Assembly (NCBI GenBank): GCA_020632335.1
Contig: JACKFV010000001.1
Span: 570,001 to 602,000 of the forward strand
Origin: Candidatus Saccharimonadota bacterium
GTDB lineage: Bacteria > Patescibacteriota > Gracilibacteria > UBA4473
Length of the DNA: 32,000 bases
Direction of reading: 5' to 3'
The notes beneath the pieces are model-generated. The model did not search any database. It saw nothing but the letters and a program-made list of their open reading frames with translations, and was not told the DNA's origin. The translations under genes were made by a program, and so were the position numbers. Position 1 is the first letter of the stretch, and each line of letters opens with the position of its first letter. Of the stretch, positions 1 through 8,641 are shown piece after piece.

Positions 1-1295
1 TGGCGTATCTGGCGCTGGGTTGGCAGGTCTATAGTGCCGCTGGGGTTCAGCCCCATGTGCTGCTGGTACTGCTGCAGTGCGGCCTTGGTGAGCGGGCCGA
101 AGTAGCCCGTGGTTTGTGTGTGGTACCCCTGGGTGATGAGGAAGCGCTGCAGGCGCTGGGTGTGGGGGCTGGTGTCTCCTACCGCGAGGAAGAGCGGCAG
201 CACGGGCCCGGGGTCTGTGGCGGAGAGTACTGGCTGCTGGGTATCGAGTGGGTAGAGTTCTGGGTAGGGGGAGGCGCTCAGCAGGGCATTTACGCGGGCG
301 GTGGTGCGTGGGCCGAGGCGCCCGGCGCCCTGGTCATAGGGGCTGGCGATGATGTGCTCGCGCAGCTGAAAGGCCGTGAGGGCGGCTTTGGTATCACTCC
401 CGAAGTAGCCCGTGGGTGCACGCGATAGCAGTTCCTCACGCTGCAGCAGCTGCTGGAGGTGGTAGACGTCGGTACTATAGCTGCCCTCGTCCAGCTCACT
501 GGTGAACTGCCATCCCTCCCAGAGCTCTGCAAAGGCCGCTGCCACCGCATGCTGGGTGACTACCTGCTGCAGCTTTGCCCTACTGGCGGGGCCCATTCTC
601 CCCGCGCCCAGGCTCTCGGGCCCCTCCACTACGTAGTAGTCCCGCTGGAAGGAGAGCACTGCGGCACGGGTCTCCTCGGTGTAGTGGGTACTCCCCGCGC
701 CGTTATAGAACCCCAGGTACCCCAGCGCTGCGTGCAGGTCCTCCACTGTGGGGGCTGTATCGCCCAGCTGCAGGTCATGCGGTAGGTTGACGAGAAAGGG
801 CAGGTGCAGCGTCTGCATGATGTCGCCCGTGGTGCTGAAGTTCACACTGCTGGCCACGGTACCCGGTGGGTGGAGCGTTACCTCGGTTTGGGTCATGCCC
901 CACTGCAGTGCCCGCTGGAGCCCCTCCTCACCATAGCCCGTCCAGACATCCAGCCGTGGGTACTGCCACTGCGGTCGCACTCCAGCATCTACGATGGCGC
1001 CACCGCGGTCGTGCACCGTCCCACAGCCAAAACCCGGTATGCACACCTGCGTCCCGAAGGGGATATGCCCCGGGGCGGCCAGCATGCCGGGGTAGACTTT
1101 GGTTCCGTCAGCGCCCTGCAGGCCTTCGCCATTGAGGATGAGATCGGTCTCATAACTGCCCGTGGCATAAAAGCTCTGCCCCGGGAGCGGGCTGTAGTAG
1201 CCGGTGATGAGGTAGGTATGCGTGCCGTAGAGGCTCTCCTCGGCCCCTGCCACAGGGGGGAGCAGCGCTAGCGTGAGGAGGAGAAGGCGCTTCAT
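1..1295 (-). CDS. Secreted 3D-domain (MltA/YuiC-like) cell-wall protein with three PG_binding_1-like repeats; 3' end runs off the window
   Basis: Absent from the ORF track because it has no stop in the window. My minus-strand translation from ATG 1295..1293 stays open to position 3. It reads MKRLLLLTLALLPPVAGAEE (signal peptide), then GADGTKVYPGMLAAPGHIPFGTQVCIPGFGCGTVHDRGGAIV (3D-domain-like), then three repeats of the type GDTAPTVEDLHAALGYLGFY..TRAAVLSFQRD. Its start forms an ATGA overlap with the upstream ORF stop. Confidence 0.75.
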   Translation of the reverse strand, partial: MKRLLLLTLALLPPVAGAEESLYGTHTYLITGYYSPLPGQSFYATGSYETDLILNGEGLQGADGTKVYPGMLAAPGHIPFGTQVCIPGFGCGTVHDRGGAIVDAGVRPQWQYPRLDVWTGYGEEGLQRALQWGMTQTEVTLHPPGTVASSVNFSTTGDIMQTLHLPFLVNLPHDLQLGDTAPTVEDLHAALGYLGFYNGAGSTHYTEETRAAVLSFQRDYYVVEGPESLGAGRMGPASRAKLQQVVTQHAVAAAFAELWEGWQFTSELDEGSYSTDVYHLQQLLQREELLSRAPTGYFGSDTKAALTAFQLREHIIASPYDQGAGRLGPRTTARVNALLSASPYPELYPLDTQQPVLSATDPGPVLPLFLAVGDTSPHTQRLQRFLITQGYHTQTTGYFGPLTKAALQQYQQHMGLNPSGTIDLPTQRQIR

Positions 1296-1711
1296 TGCAG
1301 GTCGGTGATGTCGCGTACGGGGCCCCGGGTAGCCTGCTGGGTGAGCTTCTCCAGTTGCTCGGCCATGGCGGCTTGGCGCTCTTTGGCACGGTCTTGAGCG
1401 CTGGATATGGTGCGCGTGGCCCAGAGCTGCACCCCCCAGTAGAGCAAAAAAAACACCCCCAGCGTACCGAAGAAATAGTACCAGTCGTGCTGCGGCGTGA
1501 AGAGAATCACTACCCCCGCGGTGATGAGCCCGATGATGAGCAGCAGCGGGATGGCCAGCCAGCCAAACTGCCGCACGGCATAGGCTGCTGCGAGTCGGCG
1601 CTTAGCGGCTGGGGGGAGGGACTGGTCAGTGAAGGCCATAAACCCGGTGAGGATCTCCTGCTGCGCGCTGCTGCGGTTCTCGGCCTTGAGGTACTGGAGG
1701 AAAGAGAGCAT
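1292..1711 (-). CDS. Small two-TM membrane protein with charged C-terminal tail (hypothetical; holin-like topology)
   Basis: 139-aa ORF. Hydrophobic helices WLAIPLLLIIGLITAGVVILF and YYFFGTLGVFFLLYWGVQLW are followed by a charged tail, DRAKERQAAMAEQLEKL. The stop overlaps the downstream start (ATGA). A -10-like TAGAGT lies 6 nt before the ATG. Confidence 0.6.
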   Translation of the reverse strand: MLSFLQYLKAENRSSAQQEILTGFMAFTDQSLPPAAKRRLAAAYAVRQFGWLAIPLLLIIGLITAGVVILFTPQHDWYYFFGTLGVFFLLYWGVQLWATRTISSAQDRAKERQAAMAEQLEKLTQQATRGPVRDITDLQ

Positions 1712-1717
1712 GGCGTC

Positions 1718-1745
1718 ACTCTAGCGCTCTTGGGGAGAAATTGAA
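1718..1745 (-). promoter_or_regulatory. Leaderless-type promoter of the 2-TM protein / 3D-domain operon
   Basis: TTCAAT-N16-TAGAGT, then 6 nt, then ATG at 1711. Confidence 0.45.
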
Positions 1746-1755
1746 CACGAGTTGC

Positions 1756-1783
1756 TTGACAAGGGATATAAAAGTGATACGGT
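1756..1783 (+). promoter_or_regulatory. Promoter-like element for the candidate upstream-of-dnaE RNA
   Basis: TTGACA-N16-TACGGT. Confidence 0.3.
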
Positions 1784-1789
1784 GTAGGC

Positions 1790-1996
1790 GTTGTTTTACG
1801 GCTCGGCTAAAAGCTAAAAATAGTGGGATGGGGTAGGTTTACTCGTAATACTATGCTGTATACCGTAAAACACAATCGTTTGTATTGCTAATTCTGTTCG
1901 TGAATAAATAAGATTGTATATTTCAAAAAAGTGTAATTATTTTCGTTCGCAGTACAAACACAAAGGGGGCTATCTGCAAAGGTAGCCTCTTTTTTC
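1790..1996 (+). ncRNA. Possible ~200-nt sRNA or leader-like transcript in the AT-rich island upstream of dnaE
   Basis: TTGACA-N16-TACGGT at 1756..1783. A perfect 9-bp stem GUUUUACGG/CCGUAAAAC pairs 1793-1801 with 1863-1871. A plus-strand hairpin with a T6 run lies at 1965..1995. The dnaE promoter lies downstream of that terminator. No ORF longer than 12 aa is present. Confidence 0.3.
1965..1996 (+). terminator. Intrinsic terminator-like hairpin plus T-run
   Basis: The sequence gggggcta(tctgcaaagg)tagcctct forms an 8-bp stem including 2 G-U pairs, followed by tttttt. No protein gene lies upstream on this strand. Confidence 0.45.
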
Positions 1997-2008
1997 CTGT
2001 GCTCGGGG

Positions 2009-2036
2009 TTGGCAAAGCGGTTACCGTCACTAGACT
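2009..2036 (+). promoter_or_regulatory. Leaderless-type dnaE promoter
   Basis: TTGGCA-N16-TAGACT, then 6 nt (ggtgct), then ATG at 2043. Confidence 0.55.
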
Positions 2037-2042
2037 GGTGCT

Positions 2043-5000
2043 ATGCCACGCGCTGCCCATTATGTGAACCTCCACACACACTCGCACTACAGTTTCCTCC
2101 GCAGCTGTAGCACCCCCAGGGCCCTGCTGGAGCGGGCAAAGGAGCTGGAGATGACGCACCTGGCGCTGACGGATGCTGATGGCGGCTATGGGCTTATTGA
2201 CTTCTACCAGGCGGCGAAGAAGTTGGGGATCCGGCCCATCCTGGGGGCAGAGATGCCCATCGCGGCCGAGAGCCGGTACGAGCAGCGCCAGGGGATAGAC
2301 GGGACGGAGGGGCACATAGTGCTGCTGGCGCGGGACGCCACTGGTTATCAGCACCTGCTGGAGCTCATCACCCGGGCGCATCTGGAGGGGTATTTTCATC
2401 AGCCACGGCTGGATATGGCGCTGCTGCGGGAGTACGGTGAGGGGCTCACGGTGCTGACGGGCAGCCACCGGGGGGAGTTCTACCGTCGCCTGCATGGCCA
2501 GGGGGAGGACGCTGCGCGGGGGTTTCTTGCCCAGTTGCAGGGCGCTGTAGGGGCCGAGAATGTCTATGGGGAGCTGGTGGCCAGAGCCCTCCCGGCGTGT
2601 GAGGAGCTTAATCGCTTCTTGCTGCAGCTGCCGGGGGAGTTGCCGCTGGTGGTCACGGGGGATACGCACTACGCGCTGGAGAACCAGGCCGATGCTTGTG
2701 AGGCGCTGACCTGCATCGCTAGTAATGAGCTGCTGGCCAGTCCTCATCGGCAAAAGACCAGCCAAGACGCCCACCTGAAGAGCACTGCGGAGATCTTCGC
2801 TGCGCTGCCCTATGTGCCGGAGCAGACGCTCACCCGCGCGCTGGAGCAGACGCTCACCATCGCCAGCAGTACTGCTGTGGAGCTAGATTTCTCGCAGATG
2901 TACTTCCCGCATGTGGATTTGCCCGAGGGGGTGACGGCCGAGCAGCAGCTGCGTACGCTCTGTGAGCGGGCCATTGCCAGCCACTATGACGGGAGCGATA
3001 CCACCAGTACAGCGCCCCTCACAGCCATACGTGAGCGACTGGACTATGAGCTGGGGGTGATAGGCGAGATGGGCTTCAGCGCTTACTTCCTTATTGTGGA
3101 GGATTTCATCCGTTATGCCAAGCACCAAGGGATTGCCGTGGGGCCAGGGCGGGGGAGCGCGGCGGGGAGCATTGTCTCCTACCTGTTGGACATCACCACG
3201 CTGGACCCACTCTACTATGAGCTCCTCTTCGAGCGCTTCCTCAACCCCGAGCGGGTGACCATGCCGGATATCGACATTGATTTCTCTGACGAGCGCCGGC
3301 ATGAGGTCATGCACGACTACCTCATCGAGCGCTATGGGCAGGACTACGTCAGCCAGGTGTGTACCTTTGGGCGGCTCAGTGCTAAGGCCGCGCTGAAGGA
3401 CATCGGGCGGGTGATGGGCATTCCCTTCGCACAGATGAACGAGATCACCAAGGTGCTGCCCACCCTGGGGCTGCAGCTGAGCGACGCGCTGGATATAGAG
3501 GCCTTTAAGCGCTTCTATGACGCTAGCCCTGCTCTGCAGAAGGTCTATGAACTGGCCCTGCAGGTGGAGGGGTGCATCCGTCAGCTGGGGGTGCATGCCT
3601 GTGCGGTCATCATCGCGCCGGACCCTATGCGCCGCTATACGCCGCTGCAGCGCTCGCCCAGTGACCCGAATATCCTCATCACGCAGTATGACTACTACAA
3701 GCTGGAGGATATGGGCATGCTGAAGATGGACTTCCTCGGGCTGAAGAACCTGAGCGTGATAGAGAAGACGCTGCTGCATATAGAGCACACCACGGGCGAG
3801 GTGATAGACATGACGCGCATCCCTACTGGTGATCCGGCAGTCTTCGCCATGCTGACCGAGGGGCATACGGTGGGGGTATTCCAGTTTGAGGCGCCGCACC
3901 TGAAGCGTATCTTCCGGGACCTGCGGCCCGACAGCTTTGAGGACCTTATTGCCGTCAATGCGCTGAATCGCCCCGGGCCGCTGAAGTTCGTCCCGGATTA
4001 CATCAAGCGCAAGCATGGTGAGGAAGAGATTCCCTACCCCAACCCCCTCTTCGAGCCTATCCTCCAGAAGACCTACGGCATTGCTATCTATCAGGAGCAG
4101 ATACTGGAGATAGCGCGGCAATACGCGGGGTTTACGCTGGGGGCTGCGGATATCCTCCGCCGAGCGATTGGGAAGAAAAAGGCCGAGCTGCTGGCTGAGC
4201 AACGGGAGAAATTCATCAACGGTGCGGAGCGCATGGGCCACAGCCGGGAGATGAGCGCGGGGCTCTTTGACGACTGGATAGTGCCCTTTGCGAGCTATGG
4301 GTTTAACCGCTCCCACAGTGCGTGCTATGCCAGGATAGGCTATGAGACGGCGTGGCTGAAGGCTCACTACCCGGTGGAATTCATGGCCGCGATGATGACC
4401 ACCGACCGCGACAATAATGACCGTATTGTCTTTGAGATGCATGAGTGCCAGCAGCGGGGCATCACGGTGCTGCCACCGGACGTGAATAGCTCTGGGGGGG
4501 ACTTCACCGTAGCGGAGCACAAGGGCGAACGGGTGATCCGCTTTGGCCTCACGGCGATAAAGGGCCTGGGCCCTGAGACCGCGGCGATGATAGAGACCGA
4601 GCGAGAACGCCATGGGGCGTATACCGACATCGCGGATTTTGCTCGGCGAGTGCCACAGAAAGTACTGAATAAAAAGACCCTGGAGGCGCTCATCTGGAGT
4701 GGCGCGCTGGATACTTTTGCTCGGCGGGGCACGCTGGCACACGGAGTGGGGGAGATCCTCAGCTATGCAAAGCAGCACCACACCGCGGCCGAGACGGGCC
4801 AGGGGGGGCTCTTTGACCTCCTCGAGGAGAGTCCCATCGCTGCGCTGGAGCTGCCCGAGCGCGAGGCTACGCAACAGCAGGTGCTGGCGGGCGAGAAGCA
4901 GACCCTGGGCATGTATGTGAGTGATCACCCACTGCGGGGGTATGAGGACTACTTCACCCAGCACGGCACGCTGATAGCCGAGATCACTGCGCCGGAGGAG

Positions 5001-5621
5001 AGTGCTAAGCGCAAAGACGTGCCGGTAGAGACGATCCATGGCATCATCACTGCGGTGCGGCACCTGACCACCAAGGGCGGCGATGCCATGGCTATCCTCA
5101 CGCTGGAGGACATGAGCGGCAGCATAGAGGTGCCGGTATTCCCCCGGGTGTATGCCGCCAGCAACGGGAGCGCCCTGGAGGCCGGGCAACTGCTGCAGGT
5201 GCTGGGCAAGGCCAATGAGCGTGATGGGAGCACGGGGTTCATTGCTGAGAGCCTCAAGGTGGGGAGCCTGGAGGCGCTGAAAGGGCACAAAGTGGCGAGG
5301 GCAGCAGAGCCACAGCCTCTTGAAAAAACGCCCCCAGAGGGTGCCACTGCGCAGACAGCTGATGAAAAATCAGGTAGTACGGAGGCGCTCCCACAGCCAG
5401 AGACGCTCGTGGTCCTCATACCCGAGAGTGCTAGTAGAGAGGCCTGCATAGCGCTGAGCGAGTACCTGAAGACACTAGAGTCCTCTCCAGCGAGTCATGC
5501 CCCACAGCAAGCAGTAGAGCTGCACCACGCGGGGCGAGTGCAACGCTTGTCCTATACCATTGTGCCGGCTAGGGGGCCCGTGCTGGAGCGCCTCCGGGGG
5601 TGGTTTGAGGAGGGAAATTAG
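2043..5621 (+). CDS. dnaE: DNA polymerase III alpha subunit
   Basis: 1192-aa ORF. N-terminal PHP motif HLHTHSHYSFL. Polymerase core motifs GPGRGSAAGS and MPDIDIDF. A C-terminal OB region is followed by a low-complexity tail. Confidence 0.97.
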   Translation: MPRAAHYVNLHTHSHYSFLRSCSTPRALLERAKELEMTHLALTDADGGYGLIDFYQAAKKLGIRPILGAEMPIAAESRYEQRQGIDGTEGHIVLLARDATGYQHLLELITRAHLEGYFHQPRLDMALLREYGEGLTVLTGSHRGEFYRRLHGQGEDAARGFLAQLQGAVGAENVYGELVARALPACEELNRFLLQLPGELPLVVTGDTHYALENQADACEALTCIASNELLASPHRQKTSQDAHLKSTAEIFAALPYVPEQTLTRALEQTLTIASSTAVELDFSQMYFPHVDLPEGVTAEQQLRTLCERAIASHYDGSDTTSTAPLTAIRERLDYELGVIGEMGFSAYFLIVEDFIRYAKHQGIAVGPGRGSAAGSIVSYLLDITTLDPLYYELLFERFLNPERVTMPDIDIDFSDERRHEVMHDYLIERYGQDYVSQVCTFGRLSAKAALKDIGRVMGIPFAQMNEITKVLPTLGLQLSDALDIEAFKRFYDASPALQKVYELALQVEGCIRQLGVHACAVIIAPDPMRRYTPLQRSPSDPNILITQYDYYKLEDMGMLKMDFLGLKNLSVIEKTLLHIEHTTGEVIDMTRIPTGDPAVFAMLTEGHTVGVFQFEAPHLKRIFRDLRPDSFEDLIAVNALNRPGPLKFVPDYIKRKHGEEEIPYPNPLFEPILQKTYGIAIYQEQILEIARQYAGFTLGAADILRRAIGKKKAELLAEQREKFINGAERMGHSREMSAGLFDDWIVPFASYGFNRSHSACYARIGYETAWLKAHYPVEFMAAMMTTDRDNNDRIVFEMHECQQRGITVLPPDVNSSGGDFTVAEHKGERVIRFGLTAIKGLGPETAAMIETERERHGAYTDIADFARRVPQKVLNKKTLEALIWSGALDTFARRGTLAHGVGEILSYAKQHHTAAETGQGGLFDLLEESPIAALELPEREATQQQVLAGEKQTLGMYVSDHPLRGYEDYFTQHGTLIAEITAPEESAKRKDVPVETIHGIITAVRHLTTKGGDAMAILTLEDMSGSIEVPVFPRVYAASNGSALEAGQLLQVLGKANERDGSTGFIAESLKVGSLEALKGHKVARAAEPQPLEKTPPEGATAQTADEKSGSTEALPQPETLVVLIPESASREACIALSEYLKTLESSPASHAPQQAVELHHAGRVQRLSYTIVPARGPVLERLRGWFEEGN

Positions 5622-6325
5622 CCCTCCAGCCAGTGTGCCCGGCGGGTGAGCGCGTCCTCTGCGGCGGAGATCTGCGCGGTTTTCTTGCTATTGCCGGTGC
5701 CGGTCCCCACCTGCTGTTCGTTCAGGTAGGCCCCCACAGTGAAGATTTTCTCGTGGTCCAGGCCCTCCTCCTGCAGCACCTCGTAGTGTGGGGTGACCGA
5801 CACATGCGCCTGCGCTAGCTCCTGGAAGTGGCTCTTGGCGTCTATATGCAGCCCCTGGTCGATGATATCGTCGATGTTGCTCAGCACCCACTGGTGGATG
5901 AAATCTCGCGCTATCATCATGCCCTTGCTGAGGTAAATAGCCCCGATGAATGCCTCCACCACGTTGGCCAGCAGGTAGTCCTTCTCGGCGCCTCCACTGG
6001 CGCGCTCGCCACGGCTGAGGATGAGGTAGTCCCCCAGGCCGAGCGTACGGGCCACAGCGGCTAGGTGCAGGCGGTTGACTACAGAGCTGCGGTAGTTGGT
6101 CATCTCGCCCTCGGGGGCATCGGGGTAGCGGTGGTAGAGGAATTCGGTGGTCACCAGCTCCAGCACGGCGTCACCCAGGAATTCTAGCCGCTCATTATGC
6201 TTACGGCTAGAGCGCTGCTTCTCGTTCAGCACGCTGCGGTGAGTGAAGGCCTCGGTCATCAGCGCGTCGTTGCTGATGGTAAAGCCCAGCTGGGTATAGA
6301 GCGGCGTGTAGTCATTTACCTGCAT
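5618..6325 (-). CDS. rnc: Ribonuclease III
   Basis: 235 aa. RNase III signature NERLEFLGDAVLELV and a C-terminal dsRBD-like region. Its stop overlaps the dnaE stop by 4 nt (convergent). Confidence 0.95.
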   Translation of the reverse strand: MQVNDYTPLYTQLGFTISNDALMTEAFTHRSVLNEKQRSSRKHNERLEFLGDAVLELVTTEFLYHRYPDAPEGEMTNYRSSVVNRLHLAAVARTLGLGDYLILSRGERASGGAEKDYLLANVVEAFIGAIYLSKGMMIARDFIHQWVLSNIDDIIDQGLHIDAKSHFQELAQAHVSVTPHYEVLQEEGLDHEKIFTVGAYLNEQQVGTGTGNSKKTAQISAAEDALTRRAHWLEG

Positions 6326-6334
6326 AGGGGGTGG

Positions 6335-6808
6335 TTAGGCGGTGGGGTCTTCTGTTACTTCGGGCTCGTCTGGCTCCTTGGTGGCGGTGTCAGTGCTCTT
6401 GCCGATGTTGGCGCGGAAGCTATCCAGCACGCCATTCACAAACGACGCTGACTTCACCTCACCGTAGTCCTTGGCGATCTCGATGTACTCGTTGATCACC
6501 ACGAGTGCGGGGGTCTCCATATACTTCATCTCGGTGAGGCCACACAGCAGTATGGCGCGGTTGATGGGCGCTATTTTCTCGAAGCTAAACTGCGACGCGT
6601 AGGCTCGTAGTACCACTCGCATCTTCTTGTAGTGCTGCAGCGTGAGGGTATAGAGCTGGTGCGCGAAGACGCTCTGCTTGCCCTCATTCACACACGCCAC
6701 CACGTGCTGATAGCACTCCTCGGGCGCCACGGTCTCCTCCCGCTGGGTATACGCAAAGAGCGCCTGCATAGCAATGATTCTGCTTCTGCGACGCATGGAA
6801 TTGCTCAT
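6335..6808 (-). CDS. nusB: Transcription antitermination factor NusB
   Basis: 157 aa. N-terminus RRRSRIIAMQALFAY and overall helical NusB-like pattern. Lies directly upstream of rnc on the same strand. Confidence 0.88.
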   Translation of the reverse strand: MSNSMRRRSRIIAMQALFAYTQREETVAPEECYQHVVACVNEGKQSVFAHQLYTLTLQHYKKMRVVLRAYASQFSFEKIAPINRAILLCGLTEMKYMETPALVVINEYIEIAKDYGEVKSASFVNGVLDSFRANIGKSTDTATKEPDEPEVTEDPTA

Positions 6809-6865
6809 TCGTTGGTGTCAATAGCTCTTATACTTTACCGTATTTCTGCACTGGTTGCAATGGTT

Positions 6866-7111
6866 TTAGGCGCTGATCTGCGTGCGTTGGGCATCGCGCT
6901 TGCTGGCGCGGGTCTCGTAGACCTGGCGGCCGTTGTACTGCCCGCAAGCCATGCAGCTGAAGTGCGCGCGTTTTTTCTCGCCACAGCTGGGGCAGGAGTG
7001 CAGCTGCAGTGCCTTCTCCCACTTGGTGCGGAGGGTATAGGCCCACTTGCTGCGCCGCGAACGGCTGGAGCTGGGGCACTGTTTCTTGGAAGGTACTGGT
7101 TTCTTAGACAT
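6866..7111 (-). CDS. rpmF: Ribosomal protein L32
   Basis: Internal start of track ORF 6866..7186: MSKKPVPSKK..SRSRRSKW...CPSCGEKKRAHFSCMACG (L32 zinc-ribbon pattern). TTGCCA-N16-TAGTGT lies upstream, inside the extended ORF, which argues for the 7111 start. Confidence 0.85.
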   Translation of the reverse strand: MSKKPVPSKKQCPSSSRSRRSKWAYTLRTKWEKALQLHSCPSCGEKKRAHFSCMACGQYNGRQVYETRASKRDAQRTQISA

Positions 7112-7137
7112 AAAGCAGGGGCGCGAGAACGTTGGGC

Positions 7138-7165
7138 ACACTACTATACAGGGCGTATTTGGCAA
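7138..7165 (-). promoter_or_regulatory. rpmF promoter
   Basis: TTGCCA-N16-TAGTGT, followed by a 26-nt CU-rich leader to ATG 7111. Confidence 0.45.
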
Positions 7166-7219
7166 GTTTTTTTCCGGCTTTCCCACTCCGAATAGAAAAA
7201 ATGCTGCAGCGTGGGGGGA

Positions 7220-7666
7220 TTACGCTACAGCATGCTCTGTCCGGGAGGGAGGACAGAATTCATAATTATCATCGGTCATGATAGGGTTCCTCGGGAGGAG
7301 CCTATCGGTGACCTCGAGTAGCTGGAGGTGTACTTCCCACGCGGCAGCGCGGTAGTGGTAGAGCTGGCCAAAGAGCCTGCTCAGAATGCTATACGCGCTG
7401 ATGAGCTGCGGCAGTGCCCCGGCAGTAGCCAGGGCGGCGGCCATAGCATCACAGTGGTGCTGCGCTGTGCGGAGAGTTGCCCATACCTGCGGGTAGGGGT
7501 CTCTGGCTGAGAGCGTCACGGTGCCGCGCTCTACCAGTAGCCACGAGAGCTTGGTCTCGAGCTGTTTGCGCTGTGCTGCTGGTGCGAACGTTGGGAGTGC
7601 CTCCAGGATTTGAAAGATACTGTGCAGAGCCTCTTGACTCTGTTGGGAGATATCACTCTTATACAT
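7220..7666 (-). CDS. Hypothetical helical protein, first gene of the rpmF-nusB-rnc strand block
   Basis: 148-aa ORF with GC-rich codon pattern like its neighbours. A good promoter, TTGACA-N16-TATACT, lies 18 nt upstream. I recognise no family. Confidence 0.55.
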   Translation of the reverse strand: MYKSDISQQSQEALHSIFQILEALPTFAPAAQRKQLETKLSWLLVERGTVTLSARDPYPQVWATLRTAQHHCDAMAAALATAGALPQLISAYSILSRLFGQLYHYRAAAWEVHLQLLEVTDRLLPRNPIMTDDNYEFCPPSRTEHAVA

Positions 7667-7684
7667 ATCTGCTCTATTTTTCCC

Positions 7685-7712
7685 AGTATATGATGTGCAT
7701 AGGGTGTGTCAA
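7685..7712 (-). promoter_or_regulatory. Promoter of hypothetical gene 7220..7666
   Basis: TTGACA-N16-TATACT, 18 nt before ATG 7666. Confidence 0.55.
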
Positions 7713-7799
7713 AAAACAATATGCTTTTTGGCATCGCAAGAGAAAATCACTCGCCAAGTGTGGGAGATTATTACAGTGGTTGTACTTATAGATACCCCT

Positions 7800-8201
7800 A
7801 TGATGAAAGGATTACAGTCGTTTTTGCTCCGCGGGAATGTAGTGGATATGGCCGTGGGGGTCGTCATCGGTGCGGCATTTGGGAAGATCGTGACCTCGCT
7901 GGTGGAGGACGTGCTCATGCCCGTGATAGGCTACTACCTGGGGGGGGCGAGCTTTGAGAATCTCTTTGTGGTGCTGGGGGGAGGCAGCTATGAGAGTCTG
8001 CAGGCGGCCAGAGACGCTGGTGCGGCGGTGCTGGCGTATGGGAGTTTTCTCAACACGGTGGTGGATTTTCTCATCTTGGGGACGTCTGTCTATGTGGCGA
8101 TACGGGCTTTTGAGCTGCTCCAGAAGAAGAAAGAAGCTGCTCCTGCTGGCCCCACTACCGAGGCCCTGCTGACCGACATCCGCGACCTACTGCAGCGATA
8201 G
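7800..8201 (+). CDS. mscL: Large-conductance mechanosensitive channel
   Basis: Internal start MMKGLQSFLLRGNVVDMAVGVVIGAAFGKIV... is a canonical MscL N-terminus. The extended track ORF from 7695 has no MscL-like sequence. Confidence 0.9.
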   Translation: MMKGLQSFLLRGNVVDMAVGVVIGAAFGKIVTSLVEDVLMPVIGYYLGGASFENLFVVLGGGSYESLQAARDAGAAVLAYGSFLNTVVDFLILGTSVYVAIRAFELLQKKKEAAPAGPTTEALLTDIRDLLQR

Positions 8202-8253
8202 GGCTTGTGCTGGGGGAGGATTGGGCTAGGGTGGGGGTAGGTATCCCCTTACC

Positions 8254-8619
8254 ATGACGCTGCTGCAGTCCATTACCGCGCTCTATAAGCTGGTGCAAGA
8301 CGGCCGAGATATGGAGGCCCTCGATACCTACTATGCCGATGAGGTGGTCATCACCGAGGGGGATGGTGCGGTCCGCCACGGCAAAGAAGCCCAGCGGGCA
8401 GCTATGGAGGCGTTCTCAGCTGGGGTGACCACCCACGATATGCGGGTGCTGGTCCTCACCGCAAATGAGCAGACGGGCCACACGGCGGTAGAGGTGGAGT
8501 GGGACGCCACATGGGGAGAGGCCGGGCGCGCCACCATGCGTGAGGTGGGGGTGCAGCAGTGGCAGGATGGGAAGATCATCGCTGAGCGTTTCTACTACGA
8601 TACGCGGAATATGAGCTAG
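8254..8619 (+). CDS. SnoaL-like / NTF2-fold protein
   Basis: 121 aa. The pattern LYKLVQDG..EALDTYYADEVV...VQQWQDGKIIAERFYYD is typical of NTF2/SnoaL-like small proteins. Confidence 0.65.
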   Translation: MTLLQSITALYKLVQDGRDMEALDTYYADEVVITEGDGAVRHGKEAQRAAMEAFSAGVTTHDMRVLVLTANEQTGHTAVEVEWDATWGEAGRATMREVGVQQWQDGKIIAERFYYDTRNMS

Positions 8620-8641
8620 CTGAGGTTGCACTGAGGGGCTG

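Noticed and set aside
2883-5288. 801-aa ORF antisense to dnaE. Similar long antisense ORFs lie at 1923-2774, 18102-19196, 21520-22341, 22375-23553, 28049-29233 and 30248-31447.
   Set aside because: These are typical shadow ORFs of GC-rich coding DNA. They lie opposite genes with unmistakable conserved motifs, have low-complexity R/P/G/L-rich translations, and lack recognisable domains or start signals.
6866-7186. Longer N-terminal extensions offered by the ORF track for rpmF (7186), mscL (7695), rpsM (10216), recJ (21724, TTG), PBP (26273), hisS (29158, TTG) and the thioredoxin-like gene (31474).
   Set aside because: The extensions carry no family-like sequence. They overlap upstream genes, promoters or terminators. 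The internal ATGs coincide with conserved N-termini or with the TAnnnT-N6/7 geometry.
7187-7219. ATGCTGCAGCGT palindrome plus T-run, considered as a terminator after hypothetical gene 7220-7666.
   Set aside because: The stem is at most 2-4 bp with a 4-nt loop, too weak to call. The rpmF promoter just downstream explains transcription without it.
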